From Nemertoderma westbladi (lineage: Eukaryota; Animalia; Xenacoelomorpha), in NCBI GenBank assembly GCA_032718475.1, contig JAUCBJ010008799.1, forward strand, positions 100,145-164,144: a DNA stretch of 64,000 nt, written 5' to 3'. The notes beneath the pieces are model-generated. The model made no database searches, was not told where the DNA came from, and saw only the letters and a list, made by a program, of their open reading frames with translations. The first letter of the stretch is position 1, and every line of letters starts with the position of its first letter. Made by a program: the position numbers and the translations under genes. This document shows positions 11,101 to 23,900 of this stretch, piece after piece.

Positions 11101-14016
11101 GCCTACATTGCCTCTCTCAGTATGGCCTATGGTATGTGCAGTAAGGCCTACAGTATGTCCTACAGTCTGCATGTGTCGCTCGGGATCGAAGTTTATTCTT
11201 CTCGAATAGTCCTCCCCGTGGCTACCGTATTCTCGATCGGTAGGTACATTCCGTCGGAAAGTTTCTCTTCGACCCCCCTCTCTACTGTTCTCGTCTTCGT
11301 ACCGGTACATCGCGTACCCCTCCATCGGCGCGTAATGCACCTCACCAGGTCGCATCTCTCCGGGGTGACGGCAATCTCCCGGAGTCCGACCCTACTGACT
11401 CTCCGTTCTCATCTCGACTACCGACGGCTCGCTATCCGTCCTCGCTCTTCTATCGTTCGCGGCGATACTTTTACTACTGTCTTCTCTTCTTCTCCTTTCA
11501 GTGTAGTATTCCCGCTCGTGAGATCTCTCGTCGACCTCCTGGTTAAACCCCACTGTTCTTCTTCCCTCTTCTGATCGGGCTCGACGCTTCGTCCGCCCTC
11601 TCACGACGTCAACCTGTCTCTCTCTGCTCGGTCGCACGCCGCTGGGGATACTCCCAATCCCCCTATTACTCTCCGTTGCCGGGTGTTGCGGTTTACCTAT
11701 TTCGGCCCGCGCATTATCCGCTGACGGCTGTGGAGCACTCTCTGCCCCCCCCTTTCGCCGCTAACTCGCTGTTGTGGGGCTCTTTTAGCCCCCCCCCCAC
11801 TCGCCACATCTAACTTCGCTATCTCTCACCCCGCTACTATATCCCTCTCTCATCGACACATCAACCCTACCGCGGTCGGGTCTATTCACCCCCGCCTCTC
11901 CCTCTGCTATTGCGTGGCCTACCAGGCCCTCTACCTCCTGCCTACCAACTATGTGGCCTACCAGGCCCTCGCTGGGTCTACCCGACCCAGCCACTCCCTG
12001 CCTACCAACTACGTGGCCTACCAGGCCCTCTCTGGGTTGGCTCAATCCCGCCACTTCCGGCCTACCAATTGTACGGCCTACCAGGCCCCCGTCTGCCTGG
12101 CCATACACGCCCGACGTGTTTACGTTAATAGCACCCATATTGGAAACGGAATTAATTTGTTCGTTTGAAACAAAATCATTTGAATTATTTTGTAAATTCG
12201 GGCTTGGATCATTATTTAAATTATTTGAATTATTTTGCACGTTCAAATTGAAATTATTATTTGTACTTAAATTTAAATTACTGCTACTAGGTAAAGTATT
12301 ATTTGCTGCAATAAAAGGATTAGGGTTGTCCAATACGGTACTATTAATATTAATGACGTCTACTATAGCATTATTATTACCCCACCCCCCCCCCCCCCCC
12401 CCGCCCATACGGTCACACCAGTCTTGGGTCTGTCGTGCGGTCCCTGTAAGTGGGGTATTAATAAATGTATCCACGGCCCCTGGCTCCTCGAAAATACTCG
12501 AGCTAGCCCCACTCTCAGACGCCCCTACTCGCGCCAATTCCCGTTCGCGCGTATGTATAGCTTTGTATCCTGTAAGCTCACCTTGACGTCTTTCTAGTTC
12601 CTTTTGCTCACACTCCTTCCTTGCCATTCTCTCCTTACACTCCCGTGCGTCCCGTTCGGCCAATTCCAACTCTCTTCTAGCCCCCTCCCTTCATCTCGCC
12701 TCACGCTCTCTGCGTTCGTTTTCCTCTCTCGCCTCGCGTTCTTTGCACTCGTTTTCCTCTCTCGCCTCGCGTTCTCTGCACTCGTTTTCCTCTTTCGCCT
12801 CACGTTCCCTATGTTCCGCCTCACGCTCCTTGCGCTCAATTTTCTCTCTCGCTACACATTCCCTACGTTCCGCCTCACGCTCTTTGCGCTCATTTTTCTC
12901 TCTCGCCTCGCGCCCTTCTTGTTCCTTCCTCCCTACTTCCTCACACTCCCTAAGGCTTCTCGCGGCCCTTTCGGCCCTCTCTCCGGTTTCCTTAATCAAC
13001 GCCATTTCCCTCTCTAGCAGCACTCTCCCCTCCTCTAACCGTCTACCTACTTCCCTTTGACCTTGCTCTATTAAATCGAGACGGTACGTGGCATTTATCT
13101 CTCTCACCCGTCTTTCTTTCACGGAGGATGTAGCAGACTTATCGGTTGTAACGGATTCCCTCCGCCTCCCCGTCCTACTAACTTTCCCCCGCCTCCCGGA
13201 ACTTCCTCCGACCGACGAGGCCGAATCCTCGGGGTTAACCTCGGATTCGCCCTCCTCGGGTCTCTCCCAACCCACTAATTTTACTCCCTGGGCATCGACT
13301 AAGTATGGCCCTACGTACACTATGCTAGGTTCCATACCCCTACACCGCCATAGGTCATACAGTTCCTCGGCAACCCCTCTCGCTCTCTCCTTGGCCAGTT
13401 CTCTTTGCCCGAAGCGCATTAGATAATAAAAGTGTCTATTCGACTCACGTAGTCCTTTCTTTAGTTTTACCTTGTCTATCTTCGCCCCTCCTCTGGCCTC
13501 CTCTAATAGTCTCCGGGTCGCGTTGTAGGCCCGTCGAAGTCGATCAGAAACCCCGACGTCCTCGTCGCCGACCTCCCTTCCGTCTCTCCGGGTCCGGCGT
13601 CGTACCGTCGGCCCCACCGTCGCCGTTTCGGTGGGCCGCTCGTCGCCCTCGGCCTGTGGCTGGCCGGCGACGTCGGTACTGACATCTCCTCCATCTCTTC
13701 GGGTCCGGCGTCGTACCGTCGGCCCCACCGTCGCCGTTTCGGTGGGCCGCTCGTCGCCCTCGGCCTGTGGCTGGCCGGCGACATCAGTACGTCGACCCAC
13801 GTCTCGTGTCGACTCGTCTCCTTCTCCCTCCATCTCGCTCTCTCCTTCTCTCGGCTCGACCTCGGGTTCCAGGCGGCCCCCCTCATCCTGAGCTGCCGGA
13901 TGACCCGTTACCGATGGGTCCGGCATTGTGGGCCTGTACCGCCTGGTTGCGGCCTCGCGGATCGTTAACTCTTCGTCCGGGGTCCGCGTCGGCGTTGTCT
14001 CTCCCGACTGACTCAT
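8175..14016 (-). pseudogene. gag-protease of copy A with degenerate pol remnant (one stop plus frameshifts)
   Basis: ORFs 12691-14016, 11785-12669, 10867-11355 and 8175-10808. Contains FKFDGSRPEEYLQF (DUF1759-like), the CSRCVMSGHRAREC knuckle and LVDSGA protease. No YxDD RT motif. Confidence 0.9.
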
Positions 14017-14067
14017 CTCGCTTGGTGATTGGTGGCTGGTAGTTTAGCTAGCTAGGGCGGCAGCTCT

Positions 14068-14079
14068 GAGTTTAATTAC
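14068..14079 (-). promoter_or_regulatory. Non-tRNA PBS-position sequence of copy A (GTAATTAAACTC)
   Basis: Directly follows the 5' LTR. Complementary to the transcript of LTR 14261-14272 (11/12 match). No TGG tRNA-type PBS. Confidence 0.7.
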
Positions 14080-14627
14080 TGTGACGGGATCCAGGAAGGA
14101 TCCCGGTTTATCCGGTTGTTTAGTTCACGCGTCCCCGCCGTGTGTATGAAAGGTAAAAAGAGTTCGTGTCGTTCGTCGTATATAATGATCGGTTGTTCGG
14201 GTATATAGATATGAGTATAGATATATAGATAATATTGTCGTATACAGAAGGCGGGATACGGTAATTAAAGTCCCGGTCCTTCCCTAGCTAAACTAACTAA
14301 CCTAACTAGCACCAATATGATACTGAGATAACTGAACTGAAATGATTACTGCCAATTGGCTATATTGCACGGTTGGCCTTGTTACTCTACCTAATCGATG
14401 CCTTTCCCCCCTCTGATTGGTTGATACCCTTGTTGGCGCCCTTTGGAGTGTTTCCGTTCACTCCACCTGTTCTCTCTGGGTTAGGGGTTTGGCCCCTGAC
14501 CCTCATTGTGTTTCTCCTTCCCATTTTGTTGGGGTGACACGAGTTGGTGATTACCCAATCTCGTGGCCCCCAATATTGCTTATCGGCTTAACTTTATGGG
14601 GTGTTAGCGGGATTGAATAAGCTAACA
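14080..14627 (-). repeat. 5' LTR of copy A
   Basis: Direct repeat of 3010-3557, followed by TSD GTGAC. Confidence 0.95.
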
Positions 14628-14994
14628 GTGACAATTACCATATGATACACTTACTGTATAGTTGTGTGTGGATTTCAGTTGATTCTATTCAATATAAGTT
14701 ATACAATACTGAACAACAGTATACGGTATCATTGTTGTATTAATATTGTTCTATCAGTATAAATTAACATACGATAATCATAATGAAAATTATTTAATAA
14801 TTCCAGTTTTTAATTTCATTTTCAATTAGATAACAAATTTAGTAATATATTATTTCAGTTTTGGGTACACTGTTAGACAAAAGTTAGTAGGCCTACTACT
14901 GTACAACTGTATGAATAGTTGATGTTAGCGGACAGTAGGGTGTGTGAGGGAGACTTGAGTTAAGGGGAGACTTGATATTTTTGAATAACTCAAA

Positions 14995-17526
14995 CTACTA
15001 CTACTAGGTCGAGCGAACTCGGACAGTGGAAATGAGATCCTTCCAGGCTTCCCGATTCTCCATAGTTGTCGCAATGTCGTTTCTCCCAAGTTCAGTATCC
15101 CTTTCAAGTTGATCTATATATGTTATGGCAGGTCGTCCACGACTACGCTTTCCATGAGTTGGTTGCCAGAGAAGTAGATCTGGTATGACCTCGTCTTTAC
15201 TTCGCCAGCAGTGCCCACTGAATCTTAATCTGCGTTCACGGAGGGTGGTTGATACAGGTGGTATTGTACCATAAAGCTCGGCGTTTGTCATGTGTTGTCT
15301 CCAGCTGATGTTTAGGGCTGCCCTTAGTAGTCTTGTGTAGCAACCATCAATTCGTTGTTCAAGTGATTTAGTCCAGGTCTCACCCCCGTATAAAAATACA
15401 CTTTCCACTGTGGCTCGAAAGAACTTAGTCTTCAGGTGCCTGGAGAGATCTGATTTCCAGATGGTATCCATTTTTGATAGAGCTACCCAAGCCTTTGCTT
15501 TCCTAACTTCTATGTCCTTTTTGCTACTCTCTATCCATGATCCAAGGTACTGGAAGTCATCGACCTTCCTTAGTTGATTATTATCAATGGTTGTCAAGTT
15601 TCCATCAACATTAAAGGTCATGAATTCGGTCTTGGTAGCATTTATATGCAATCCAACCTCCTTAGCAGCCCTCTCCACTTTATTTAGTAGTAGCTGTGCA
15701 TCTGCTAGCGTATTAGAGAGCAGGGCGATGTCATCCGCAAAGTCGGTGTCTGTGACTGTAGTTGCCGGATATCTACTACTTCTGCGTTCTTGAAGTGTGA
15801 ATCCCAGATCTTCACCCTTTGTGGCCGTCCTCATTGCGTAATCCAGCACAATTACAAATAGTAATGGTGCTAATGTGTCACCTTGCAGTACGCCAGCCAG
15901 GATTGAGTAAAACTCAGTTTCACCATCTGGTGAGAGTACCTGCGCTTCTGTGTCACAATATAACAATCCAATGCCAGCAACAATTACTTCTGGTATTCCA
16001 TAAGCTCTTAGGATTTCAAGCATTTTACCTCTATGGATGGAGTCGAATGCCTTCTTGAAGTCCACAAAGGTCATGACTGCGGGAGGATTCTTTGACTTAA
16101 TTCCTTCAATCAGTCTCCGTAGTGCAAGTATCTGAGCTATTGTTGATCTACTTGGTCGAAATCCGTTTTGGCTCTTACGCAGTAGTTTCTCTATGTGAGG
16201 CCTAATCCTATAAAGAATCATTTTATTGTATATTTTGGCAGCTACCACAAGCAGACAGATCCCACGATAGTTTGTTGGTATGCCGAGGTCTCCTTTCTTG
16301 GGGAGAGGCTTTAGTTGACCTTTAGTCCAAATTTGTGGTGGCTTTTCCCCTTTTAACATCCGGTTGCAAACAATCAATAATGGTCTATTTAGCACTCCGG
16401 TTTTCCATACCTCCGCTGGGATTTCATCTAATCCACTCGCTTTATTATTGGACATGCTTTTAATGCTTCTTTGGAGTTCGGCAGGTGTGAAGTCCCCTGT
16501 TTCTATAAGTAGTGTCTTGTCATATATTTTCCTTGTAGGGCTGACCTCGATGTTTGGTGGCTGCCCAAGCAAGTTGCTGAAGTGATTTTTCCACTTCCCA
16601 ACACGTTCTTCAGGACTATCGGCTTTGAGGCGCCCCTTTGCACAACTTTTCCGACCAGATACCTCATTTACAGTTTGCCAGGTAAGTCTTGATTGTTGCT
16701 GTATGTGAGCAGTTGTAATTGCTTCGATTTTATCCTGTATGTACTTTTCCTGGCTGATGTTGTAGGCCAATTTAAGATCGTCCTTAGCTTTCTCACACCT
16801 TGTTAATGTTTTCGGTTGTTGGTTGTTCGGTTTTAACTTTGTAGGCTATCTTAAGATCTTCTCTCTTACAAGTAACCTCAGAGTTTTGCCATGGCACATA
16901 CTGTTTTCGTTTAGGTTTCTGGGGGATATGCCTCTTAGCTGATTCCTTGTGGGCTGTTATTATATTCTGGTATATTGAATCGGTGGATTGGTCTTCATCC
17001 ATTGACTGAAGTGCTTCAAAGCGGTTTTGAACTTCTACTGTATAAGCATCCTTTACAGCATTGTCAGTTCTGAGTTTCTCCCAGTCATAGTTGATTTGCT
17101 TGCTTGTCCTGGGTTTGCTGGCTCTCAAACTGAGTCTGATCTCTGCAGTCACAATTCTGTGGTCCGAACCAATTAGGTTGAACGAGCTGTATGCCTCGCA
17201 GTTGATCATGCTATTTCTCCACCTTTTGTTTATAAGGATGTAATCCAGTTGTGCTTTGGTTCCATTAGGGTATTGAAAGGTCCATAGCTTCCCCTTACTC
17301 TTTTCGAATGTGTTGTTTGTTGGTATCAATTCACATTCTTCCATTAGGTCTAAAAGTAAGTACCCATTTCTGTTAGAACTGGTGTTATAGGTGTAACCCT
17401 TGATGTCTTCTGGGCCAATTTGCGCATTCAGGTCACCAGCAATGACTTTAACATTGTGTTTCGGGATGTCCTTAATAAGTCCAGTCAGTTCTTCATAAAA
17501 CTTGACTGCTTGTTCTGGCTCTGATA
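14995..17526 (-). mobile_element. RTE-clade LINE, 5'-truncated
   Basis: APE endonuclease remnant (AQLDYILI, GSDHR) and RT (QGDTLAP, DFADD, RLRFSGHCWR). (TAG)n tail at 14995-15006. 14-bp TSD TTGAATAACTCAAA at 14981-14994 and 17527-17540. Confidence 0.93.
15004..17526 (-). pseudogene. RTE EN-RT ORF with one frameshift near 16780
   Basis: ORFs 16793-17539 (endonuclease) and 15004-16770 (RT) lie in different frames. Confidence 0.9.
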
Positions 17527-18205
17527 TTGAATAACTCAAAAACTATTGTAAATTATTTCACAATAACACACCATAATGTTCAAAATACTTGTAGGCTACA
17601 CCCACGCAACAGTGTTGTATTACCTTTTGGTTATTTTTTGTTTTATTGCCAATAAACGTTTTATGGGTTCAAAAGTAAATTGTTAACCTTTACAACGAAT
17701 GAAAATGCGCACCCTTTTCAAATTATATCATTTAATATAAAAAAAAGGGGTGCGGGTCGATTCGCCCCTTGACCTATTCGCACCAAGTCTATTCGCCCCA
17801 GTAATATAATATACAGTATGTAATATAATAATGAATAGGGTCTATACTATAACTAACTATCACTTTTCAAATATTTTTATCTTATCTAGGTATCATTTTT
17901 TATCATTCTAATTCAAAAAATCGAATTATAAAGGGAAAAGGTACACATGTTGGTCTAGTGCGATAATTTACCAATTACAATTACTATACGTGTTCTGTAC
18001 AGCTGTGTAGTATATTGCATACATAGTATGACATTAGCCTAGACATGCTAGAAAAATATTTAAAACAATAAACATGTCAGCATGTAGCCAGCCTGCTCAT
18101 AAGTCATAATTCATTCTACATCTTGCTGTTCTGTAATTATGCCCAACAATTTATTGTTGCACCATCAATACACAACAATTGAATCATCAAATGAGACAGG
18201 GGGGG

Positions 18206-18255
18206 CAGTGCCGGATTAACCTTAAGGCATATAAGGCACGTGCCTTTGGGCCAGC
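18206..18255 (+). mobile_element. Possible hAT-like DNA transposon terminus
   Basis: CAGTGCCGGATTAACC...AAGGCACGTGCC...GGGCC resembles hAT/Tip100-type ends from memory. No partner TIR found. Confidence 0.3.
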
Positions 18256-18660
18256 CGAAAATACGGGCCATTTTTTATCAACGAGTCATTCCTATGAAAA
18301 AAATATTTTCTAAAATTTGTAGAAAGCAGAGCAAGAAAGTGCATCTTTCGACTACATTCGATCCCTAAATTTGTGATAGAAAGTGAAAATTCTAGCTCAG
18401 TCGAGGAGTCAGGTGCTGTGTTATTAGTTCGAGACCTGATGGCAGGGAAATAATAATACATTGGTAGTAAAACTTTAAAGAGCTAATTATGAACAATGGA
18501 GAATTTAATTGAATTTTTTTCAATTTAATTTTAATTATTTGTCGTCAATAACATAATATTGCTGATATTTATGACTCTCTGTATAAAAGAGCTTCCGGTA
18601 ATTCTGTCGGGAATCGAAAACGTAAACTCGCCGAACGGTTCTAAAAAGGTAGTAACAAAA

Positions 18661-20085
18661 ATGACACACTCAGCAAAAAAAAATAAGCAGAAAAATAAAA
18701 GTGAAAAGGAAACTAAAGGCGGCAGTGGCCCTTTGGGTGCCTTCTTCCTCCCTTCCCATCCGACAACGAATGCGAGTGACACGGAACAAGAAGTCTCCGA
18801 GCCACAACTCAAAAACGATAGCGTCGAGGGAATCTCCACCCCGTTAGCGAATGTCGAGCACAATAAGGTCTTTGGAGAGGATGCGATTTCCCCCCCCGAC
18901 AGTGCCGATGGGCTGAGCGAGCCTATAAACCCCCCCTATACAAACCCCGCTAGTCTCGACAAACAACTATCGAGCGAGGAATCTCTTGAATCTCTAATTA
19001 GGAATTTGGGTACCCAAATGAACACCCAGACGAACACGCTTCGAGGTGACATGAAACTTCAGGCTTCCGAAATTAAGGAACAGATAGTGACCCTAAAAAA
19101 GGAATTTCGAAAAGAAATCAATGAGGTTATAGAGTCTGTCGACTTCAACAGCAATTCAATTCAGGAGACAAACGAAGCACTCGCTTCCTCAATTCAACAC
19201 AATCAAGCCGAGAATCGGGAAACTAGAAGACAAATTCTATCCAACGAGGTTAGGTTCTGTAAATGGAACTTAATAATATTCGGAGTCGAAGGAAACCAAA
19301 GAGAAAGTCACGAAAAATCAAAAGCGTCACTCGCGCGTTTAGCTGAAAGACTCGAACTTCCTCTTCCCATTGTCGCCAACTGTCACAGAATTTCCGGAAA
19401 GATAAACGCCCCACTATTCGTTCGTTTCATCCAGTTGGATGAGGTAATGGCGTGGTCACAAGCAATTGGTAATAAGAAAATCTCTCTGATTAATAACACA
19501 CAAGTTACAGCAACCCGTGATCTCCCCAAGTGCCTCCTTCCTCTACGAAAGGAACTAGTACAAATGCGAAAAAATTTGGATCCGGATCAACGCAAAGAAA
19601 CAAAAATTCACATCAACGAGAACTTTTACCCTTTTGTTTTCCTAAAAAAATCGGATGGCTCAATGCTCTCTCCACAGATGGATCCCAAGCTTCCAACAAT
19701 CCCTGCAGCCATAAAGATACCGCATCAAATAAGTAATGAACGCATGGAATGGCTCAACATCCCAAAATCCAACGAGGTAGATCAATCGGTTCGACAAAAG
19801 GTTCCACAGATCCCGAGCTCAGTACCACATGAAGGCGACGACATTCACGGAGAAAGTGAAGGTTTCGCAGGGAGTCGAGAAAGACAACGGGGTCTCGGCC
19901 GTTCCCGTGATGGCTCCCAAAGCCAATATCAGAGACAGCACGCACCGCGCGGACGAGGGTTACAATCCTCTGATTGGGGATACAATCCTCACGATGGTAA
20001 TAGATACTATCGAGGTGGTTATAGTAGCGACCATAACGGATGCATGAATGGAAGGGATGGTGGCTACTACAGTAGTTTATATTAA
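18661..20085 (+). CDS. LINE ORF1p (coiled coil, L1-type RRM/CTD, RG-rich tail)
   Basis: Heptad region followed by WNLIIFGVEG...ANCHRI...PLFVRF, upstream of ORF2. ATG at 18661. Confidence 0.85.
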   Translation: MTHSAKKNKQKNKSEKETKGGSGPLGAFFLPSHPTTNASDTEQEVSEPQLKNDSVEGISTPLANVEHNKVFGEDAISPPDSADGLSEPINPPYTNPASLDKQLSSEESLESLIRNLGTQMNTQTNTLRGDMKLQASEIKEQIVTLKKEFRKEINEVIESVDFNSNSIQETNEALASSIQHNQAENRETRRQILSNEVRFCKWNLIIFGVEGNQRESHEKSKASLARLAERLELPLPIVANCHRISGKINAPLFVRFIQLDEVMAWSQAIGNKKISLINNTQVTATRDLPKCLLPLRKELVQMRKNLDPDQRKETKIHINENFYPFVFLKKSDGSMLSPQMDPKLPTIPAAIKIPHQISNERMEWLNIPKSNEVDQSVRQKVPQIPSSVPHEGDDIHGESEGFAGSRERQRGLGRSRDGSQSQYQRQHAPRGRGLQSSDWGYNPHDGNRYYRGGYSSDHNGCMNGRDGGYYSSLY

Positions 20086-20927
20086 ATTCGAGTAGGTCAA
20101 CCCCTTGATACTCATTTAAGAATATTCCCATTTAGATTGGTCTAAATTACCGAATTTACAAATACTTTTGAAATAGGTTAATGGACTAATCTCATTGTTA
20201 GATTTAGCAGCCGAAGGTAGAATACATAAATCTGATGCAGAATCCAAGTACGAACTGGCTTTTTATGCACTGGCAAATGGCAGGCCTCAGTTATTTTTCA
20301 GTTATTTTCTTTCCGTTTTTGTATTTAGTCAGAGTTGCTGTTTTTGTGATTTATTCCATTTTTGTTTTTTTTTGTTTCACATTGCGAAAGAATACTGTGC
20401 GACTGTTTGTGTGGAAATAATCCTGCCAAAGGCATTATTAATTTTGTCGGCAGCGAACTGGTTGAACTCCATTATGATTATAGTGGACAAATACAGCTCG
20501 ATTTCTGCATTTCCTCTTATTTTTTTATTGAACTTCCTTATTGTATTAGTATTAAATTTAAATTTTTTTTTTTGCTATGCCATAAAAATACTCCTCCATC
20601 TCTCCACAATAATTGTTATATCGCTATACTCAAAAATCAATATGAATTTTCAGTACAGCAGCAGCGCCATAAATGTTTTTGATGTGAAGTTTGCATTCGA
20701 CCCAAGTGTCTACGTCCCTTTATTTGTACATGTACACTATTTTTTTATCCTTTTTTTCATGCAGGGTTTTAATATTAAACTATCAGCAATAGATTTCGAA
20801 ACAGCAGAAAATGATGGCAATATTTTCCTACACCAGCAATTTAAGTATCGAAATGTTCAACGAATTACTCAAAGAATTATCCAATTTTTTTTTTCCTTTA
20901 AAAGATATGAACTAATACAAACTCATT

Positions 20928-23900
20928 ATGGCGAATACTCCTATTAATATTGTATCTCTAAATTGTAGAGGGTTACAAAAAAATATCAAAAGAAAGGTTG
21001 TCTTTGACAAACTGACTGCCAACAATTTTGATATCTGCCTGCTCCAAGAAACTCACAGCTCCGACTCAGACTGCGAAGCCTGGTCGAAGCAGTGGAAGGG
21101 CCATACCGTTTTTACCAAAAAAAGTTCACAAAGTGTTGGGGTAGCGATCCTTTTTAACGAAAATTTACAATATAAAATAATTAAAAAAATCGTTGACCCT
21201 TCAGGAAGATTCATTATTCTAGATGTCGATATAAATAGTACAATTCTGACCCTTGTAAATATTTATAACTTTAATATTGATTCTAGTGTTCTGATTAAAC
21301 AAATAAAAAACGAAATGTTAAACTGTTTCGAAAGTGTAAACGTTATATGGGCGGGAGATTTCAACTGCGTCTTAGACATCACCAAGGACAAATTCGGTGG
21401 AGCTCCAAAGACAAATGAAAAAGTACGTTGTGAGGTCTTAGAAACTATGGAAAATATTAATTTAATCGATATATATCGGTCACTGCACCCAAATGGTATT
21501 TCCTTTTCACATAGACAAAAAGTATTCCAAGGATGGGTACGTACACGAAAAGATTTTTTTCTCGTTTCAAGTTCGATTGCATCTGTCACTAGTAAATGCG
21601 GATCAGTATCCGGATTTTACAGTGACCATTCGGCGGTTTTTTTACAATTCGAAATACCAAATAACTGGACAAACAGGAAAAAGGGACCCGGGTTCTGGAA
21701 ACACAATAATTCTTTACTAACTGATGAAGATTACATATGCCTTGTCAAAACAACCATCTCGGATACAGTGACCGAATATAAAGATAATATAAACCCACAT
21801 TTAAGGTGGGAAATGATAAAGTTAAATGTTCGAACAAAGGCTATAAGCTATGGCATTAACAAAAATAAGGAAAAGCACAAAAAACGAAATAGGTTAGAAA
21901 TTGAGATCGAAAATTTTCACAGAAGAGAAAAATTTCTTTCAAACAGCGAAATGCAATCATATCAAAATGCTCAAAATAACCTTATTAAATTAGAAGAAAA
22001 CGAGGCCCAAGCCTCAATGTTTCGGGCAAAATTACAAAATTATAATGCTGGAGAAAAACCAACGAAATTTTTTCTCAATTTAGAAAAAAGTAAATCAAAA
22101 AATAATACTATTCATAGACTTAAAACGAAAAGGGGTGAAAGTGTAACATCTGACAAGGAAATTCTCAATGAAGCAGTACAATTTTATAGTGATTTATACC
22201 AGTCTAAAAAATTTAATCATTGTCCGATCCTCAGAGATGAACAATCGTCAGCATTTTTCACAAAATGTGCCAACTTACCAAAACTTGATGAAATGTCAAA
22301 AAATTTTCTAGACAAAAATATATCAGAGCTCGAATGTTTGACTGCCTTAAAGGAAATGTCAAATGGGAAAAGTCCTGGTGGTGACGGGTTCCCTACAGAA
22401 TTTTATAAATTTTTTTGGACAGACATAAAAAAATATGTATATGAAAGTTTCCTTTTCTCGTTTGAAGAACAATCTTTATCAGTATCACAGCGTCAAGGTA
22501 TCATGTCCCTTTTCCCAAAAAAGGACAAAATACCATCTTTAATAGAAAATCGCAGACCGATCACTCTACTAAATACCGACTATAAAATCTTGAGCAAAGC
22601 CCTAGCCTCTCGAATGAAAACCGTCTTGGTAGCGATAATAAATTCAGACCAAACGGGCTCTGTAAAAGGCCGTTACATTGGTGAAAATATAAGACGCATA
22701 ATCGACACAATGGATATTCTTGATAATAGTGAACAATCCGGCCTAGTTGTGATGGCCGATTTTCAAAAAGCATTTGATTCTGTAGAATGGGATTTCTTGG
22801 AACAGGCATTGAAACATTTCAATTTTCCAGACTCTTTTCTCACTTGGTTTGGCATTTTATATAACAACAATTTTAAGTTAGTGATTCAAAATAACGGTTA
22901 TTTATCAAAATCTTTTGTTGCTTCAAGAGGTGTTCGTCAAGGATGTCCGTTATCGGCATATTTGTTTGTATTAGCTGTTGAAATACTTGCTGGGGTAGTT
23001 AGGAATACACATGAAATTAAAGGACTGCAAATGGGGAACAGCAATAATATAATTTCACAGTATGTGGATGATACCAATTTTTTCCTACAAGCATCTGCCG
23101 AATCGCTTATGGCTCTAATGGAGATCCTAGGGGTTTTCGGAAATATTTCTGGCTTAAAGCTAAACAAATCCAAAACAGAGGTAACTTGGATTGGCTCCAT
23201 GAAAAACAGAGCCAGCAAGATCTGTCCACAGCTAAGGCTCAAGTGGTTAATTCCCGGAGAGCCTTTCAAAATCCTCGGGATTCTACTTTCTACAAATATT
23301 TCCTCCATTGAATGCTTAAATTTTCCTGACGCCTTGGAAAAGGCAAAAAAAATAGTAGAAATTTGGTCACGCCACAAACTCTCTTTATTGGGTCGGATAT
23401 GCATCGCAAAAACTTTGGTGCTCTCAAAATTTACATATTTATTTGCATGTCTTGAAAACCCATCAGTGAACATGCAAAAAAATATCTCAGACCTATTAGA
23501 CAAATTCATCTGGGCTGGAAAACCGCCAAAACTTAAAAAAGCAGTAATGATTAACTTATATGAAGTTGGTGGTGCACAAATCCCCGACTTAAGTACCTTC
23601 ATAGAAAGTCAAAAAGTTAAATGGATTCAAAAACTCATAGAAAATAGTCATTCGGTGTGGAAAACACTCGCCTGCACGCAACTCGGGGATAGTGTTGCCA
23701 AAAATTTAAAATGGTTTGTAAATTTACTTCCAGATGATATAAAAAATATCAAGGTGTGTAAAGGTAATTTCTGGTGCAACGTCTTAACTGTCTGGTGCCG
23801 AATAAATTATGCAGTCAGAAACGGCATTGACAATGATGATTTTGTTAACTATCAAACTATATGGTTAAACTCCAATATTAAAATTGATAGTAAACCACTT

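Larger units (their letters stand above)
3010..14627 (-). mobile_element. BEL/Pao LTR retrotransposon copy A (non-autonomous: gag-PR, deleted pol, intact exonuclease ORF)
   Basis: 548-bp TG...CA LTRs at 3010-3557 and 14080-14627 with about 4 differences. TSD GTGAC at 3005-3009 and 14628-14632. PPT present. BEL-type gag (DUF1759-like) and LVDSGA protease. Confidence 0.95.

Noticed and set aside
17745-17800. TTCGCCCC short repeats as a MITE end
   Set aside because: No partner inverted end or TSD found.
20195-20947. 250-aa hydrophobic ORF as a real membrane protein
   Set aside because: T-rich spacer composition produces F/L/I-rich frames by chance; non-ATG start and no recognisable motif.
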